Of a stretch of DNA of 64,000 nt, positions 62,401 through 64,000 are shown piece by piece (the stretch's first letter is position 1; each line of letters opens with the position of its first letter). A program made the position numbers and the translations under genes. This DNA comes from Orbicella franksi (taxonomy: Eukaryota). The stretch lies in NCBI GenBank assembly GCA_964199315.1, contig OZ116701.1, forward strand, positions 21,824,001 through 21,888,000, written 5' to 3'. Under the pieces are notes generated by a model. That model had not been told where the DNA came from and did not search any database. It saw only the letters and a program-made list of their open reading frames with translations.

Positions 62401-64000
62401 TGACGTAGGGTGTAGGGAAGGTATGTAACTCAAGATCAATTAATCAGATAATCGTTCAGTCCAGAAAAACTATACATCTATTCCAAAACCTCTATACTTT
62501 GAAGTGAAGCAGTGTGTTGAAGACTTACTCAATCACTGATGGGTACAGAAGTCACATTCAGCCTACTCATCACCAGTAGTTTGTGTGTGGAAAAGGGACA
62601 GCTCTCTGAGACTGTGTGGACTTTCGTGAGCTGAACAGGAGAACAGTACCCGACAGGCATCCACTCCCTTGGGTACAAACAACCATTGAGAATCTTGGTG
62701 GGAACAAGTGGTTTTCTCTTTTGGACCAAGGAAAAGCCTACCATCAGGGATTCGACAATCCTCAATGTCAACACGACTACATTTGTAACACTGTGGGACC
62801 TGTATGAGTGGGTGCGGATCCCAGTTGGTCTCTGGAATTCCCCAGGAGAATTTCAAAGATTTATGGAGGACTGTCTGGAAGGACTTAGAGATGAAATTTG
62901 CGTACCTTACCTAAATGATATGATCGTCTTCAGCAGAACCTTTGATGAGCACATCGAAAATGTACAGTGCTGAGGAGACTACGTGAGCACGGAATAAAGC
63001 TGAAAGCCAGAAAATGTAAGATGTTCAAGAAGGAGGCCAACTACCTAGGAAGAATTGTCTCTGCTGATGAATATCAGGTGGATACTTCAAATGTTAAGGC
63101 AGTCTTGGCACTCAAAGAGACTAACCCAAAGACCATTGGTGATGAGAGAAAACTCCTGGGTTTGTTAGGATATTAGGGAAAGTACATACAGGACTTCTCC
63201 AGAATTGCACGGCCTCTTTTCAAACTCTTGAAGGCACCCGTGGTTAAGATCAACGAGCGTCCTACTCAAACAGAAAGGCGTAGTCAGACAGGAAATGGGA
63301 CGCAAGCACAATCCAGTCATGCTATTGTTTGGACACAGGAACATCAAGGAGAGTTGGAAAAACTTGTTGACTGTTTAGGTAACCCTCCAATCCTCGGTTA
63401 TCCAGATTATGGTCTCCCATTTGTCCTACACACAGATGCATCCAACAAAGGACTTGGAGCAGTACTTTATCAGCAGCAGTCTGGTAAAATGTGGGTTATA
63501 GGATATGGATCCAGAACCCTCACCCTTACCACCTTCATTCTGGAAAGTTAGAGTTCTTAGCTTTGAAGTGGGCCATCTGTGAGCAGTTTAGGGACCATCT
63601 GTACTATGCACCGTCACTCACAGTGTACACAGACAACAACCCCAGACATGGGTTTTATCAACAGCGAAACTCAATTCTATGGGACATCACTGGGTGTCCG
63701 AATTGGCCAATTTCAATTTTGAGATCAAGTACAGACCTGGTAAAGTGAATAAGGACGCTGACACTTTGTCCAGACTTCCTTTGCACATCAACCAGTACAT
63801 TCCTTCCTGTACACAGGGAACTTCTCGGGATGTGATCAGTGCAACTCTGTCCAGTATAATGGAACTCCAGAATAGCGATGCAGTTTGGATAACAGCAGTC
63901 AGTGGTGGAATGGAGGCATTGAACGTTGACTCTGATCTTCTCGATTCAAGAAATTACCATCAAATCTAGCCTCAAGTCATCCTGGCAGCTCAGAAACAAG
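59483..64000 (+). mobile_element. Older Ty3/Gypsy element (putative 5' LTR 59483-59808, gag, PR, dUTPase-like, RT, RH), running off the window end
   Basis: Gag IIDAVIRAISP..LYQEL..ETPQDFLIRALDLRQ; knuckle CFSCGSSDHFARGC; DTGAQV; RT YSSPVV..DFRELN..YEWVRIP..FQRFM..PYLND; RH HTDAS..KLEFLALKWA..TDNNP..KYRPGK.N.DADTLSR; many frameshifts. Confidence 0.88.
61065..61243 (-). mobile_element. 5'-truncated LINE/SINE 3' end inserted in the Gypsy gag
   Basis: Minus strand ends AATAAA GTTTACCTTTACCTTTA; 6-bp TSD CCAGTG (61059-61064, 61244-61249); removal restores the reading frame. Confidence 0.7.

Noticed and set aside
30874-62774. Many 60-120 aa ORFs antisense to retroelement genes (e.g. 30874-31086, 42432-42737, 56284-56535, 62529-62774)
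   Set aside because: Shadow frames of pol sequence with no independent motifs

Overview
Eukaryotic, AT-rich, transposon-saturated DNA. The repeat families look like those of a cnidarian, probably a stony coral; this is inference and was not database-checked. I found no intact host gene, rRNA, true tRNA gene or CRISPR array. The main contents are: (1) two young Ty3/Gypsy (Mag-like) LTR elements with very short, nearly identical LTRs and 5-bp TSDs (30372-34707, 54657-59255); (2) a full-length, decayed BEL/Pao element on the minus strand (38112-45195); (3) a TSD-bounded RTE LINE (9283-12279); (4) a DIRS remnant, a Penelope-like remnant and a third Gypsy running off the window end; (5) a ~10-kb IS3EU-like DNA transposon whose inverted repeats enclose a DDE transposase and a convergent HECT E3-ligase gene; (6) many nested MITEs and SINEs. 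Best leads: the BEL element has no tRNA primer site but carries a 10-nt complement of its LTR-adjacent sequence inside its own LTR, in the geometry of Tf1-style self-priming; the transposon-borne HECT ligase; and a Gypsy Gag followed by a MYND-like zinc finger. All family calls come from motif recognition by eye.
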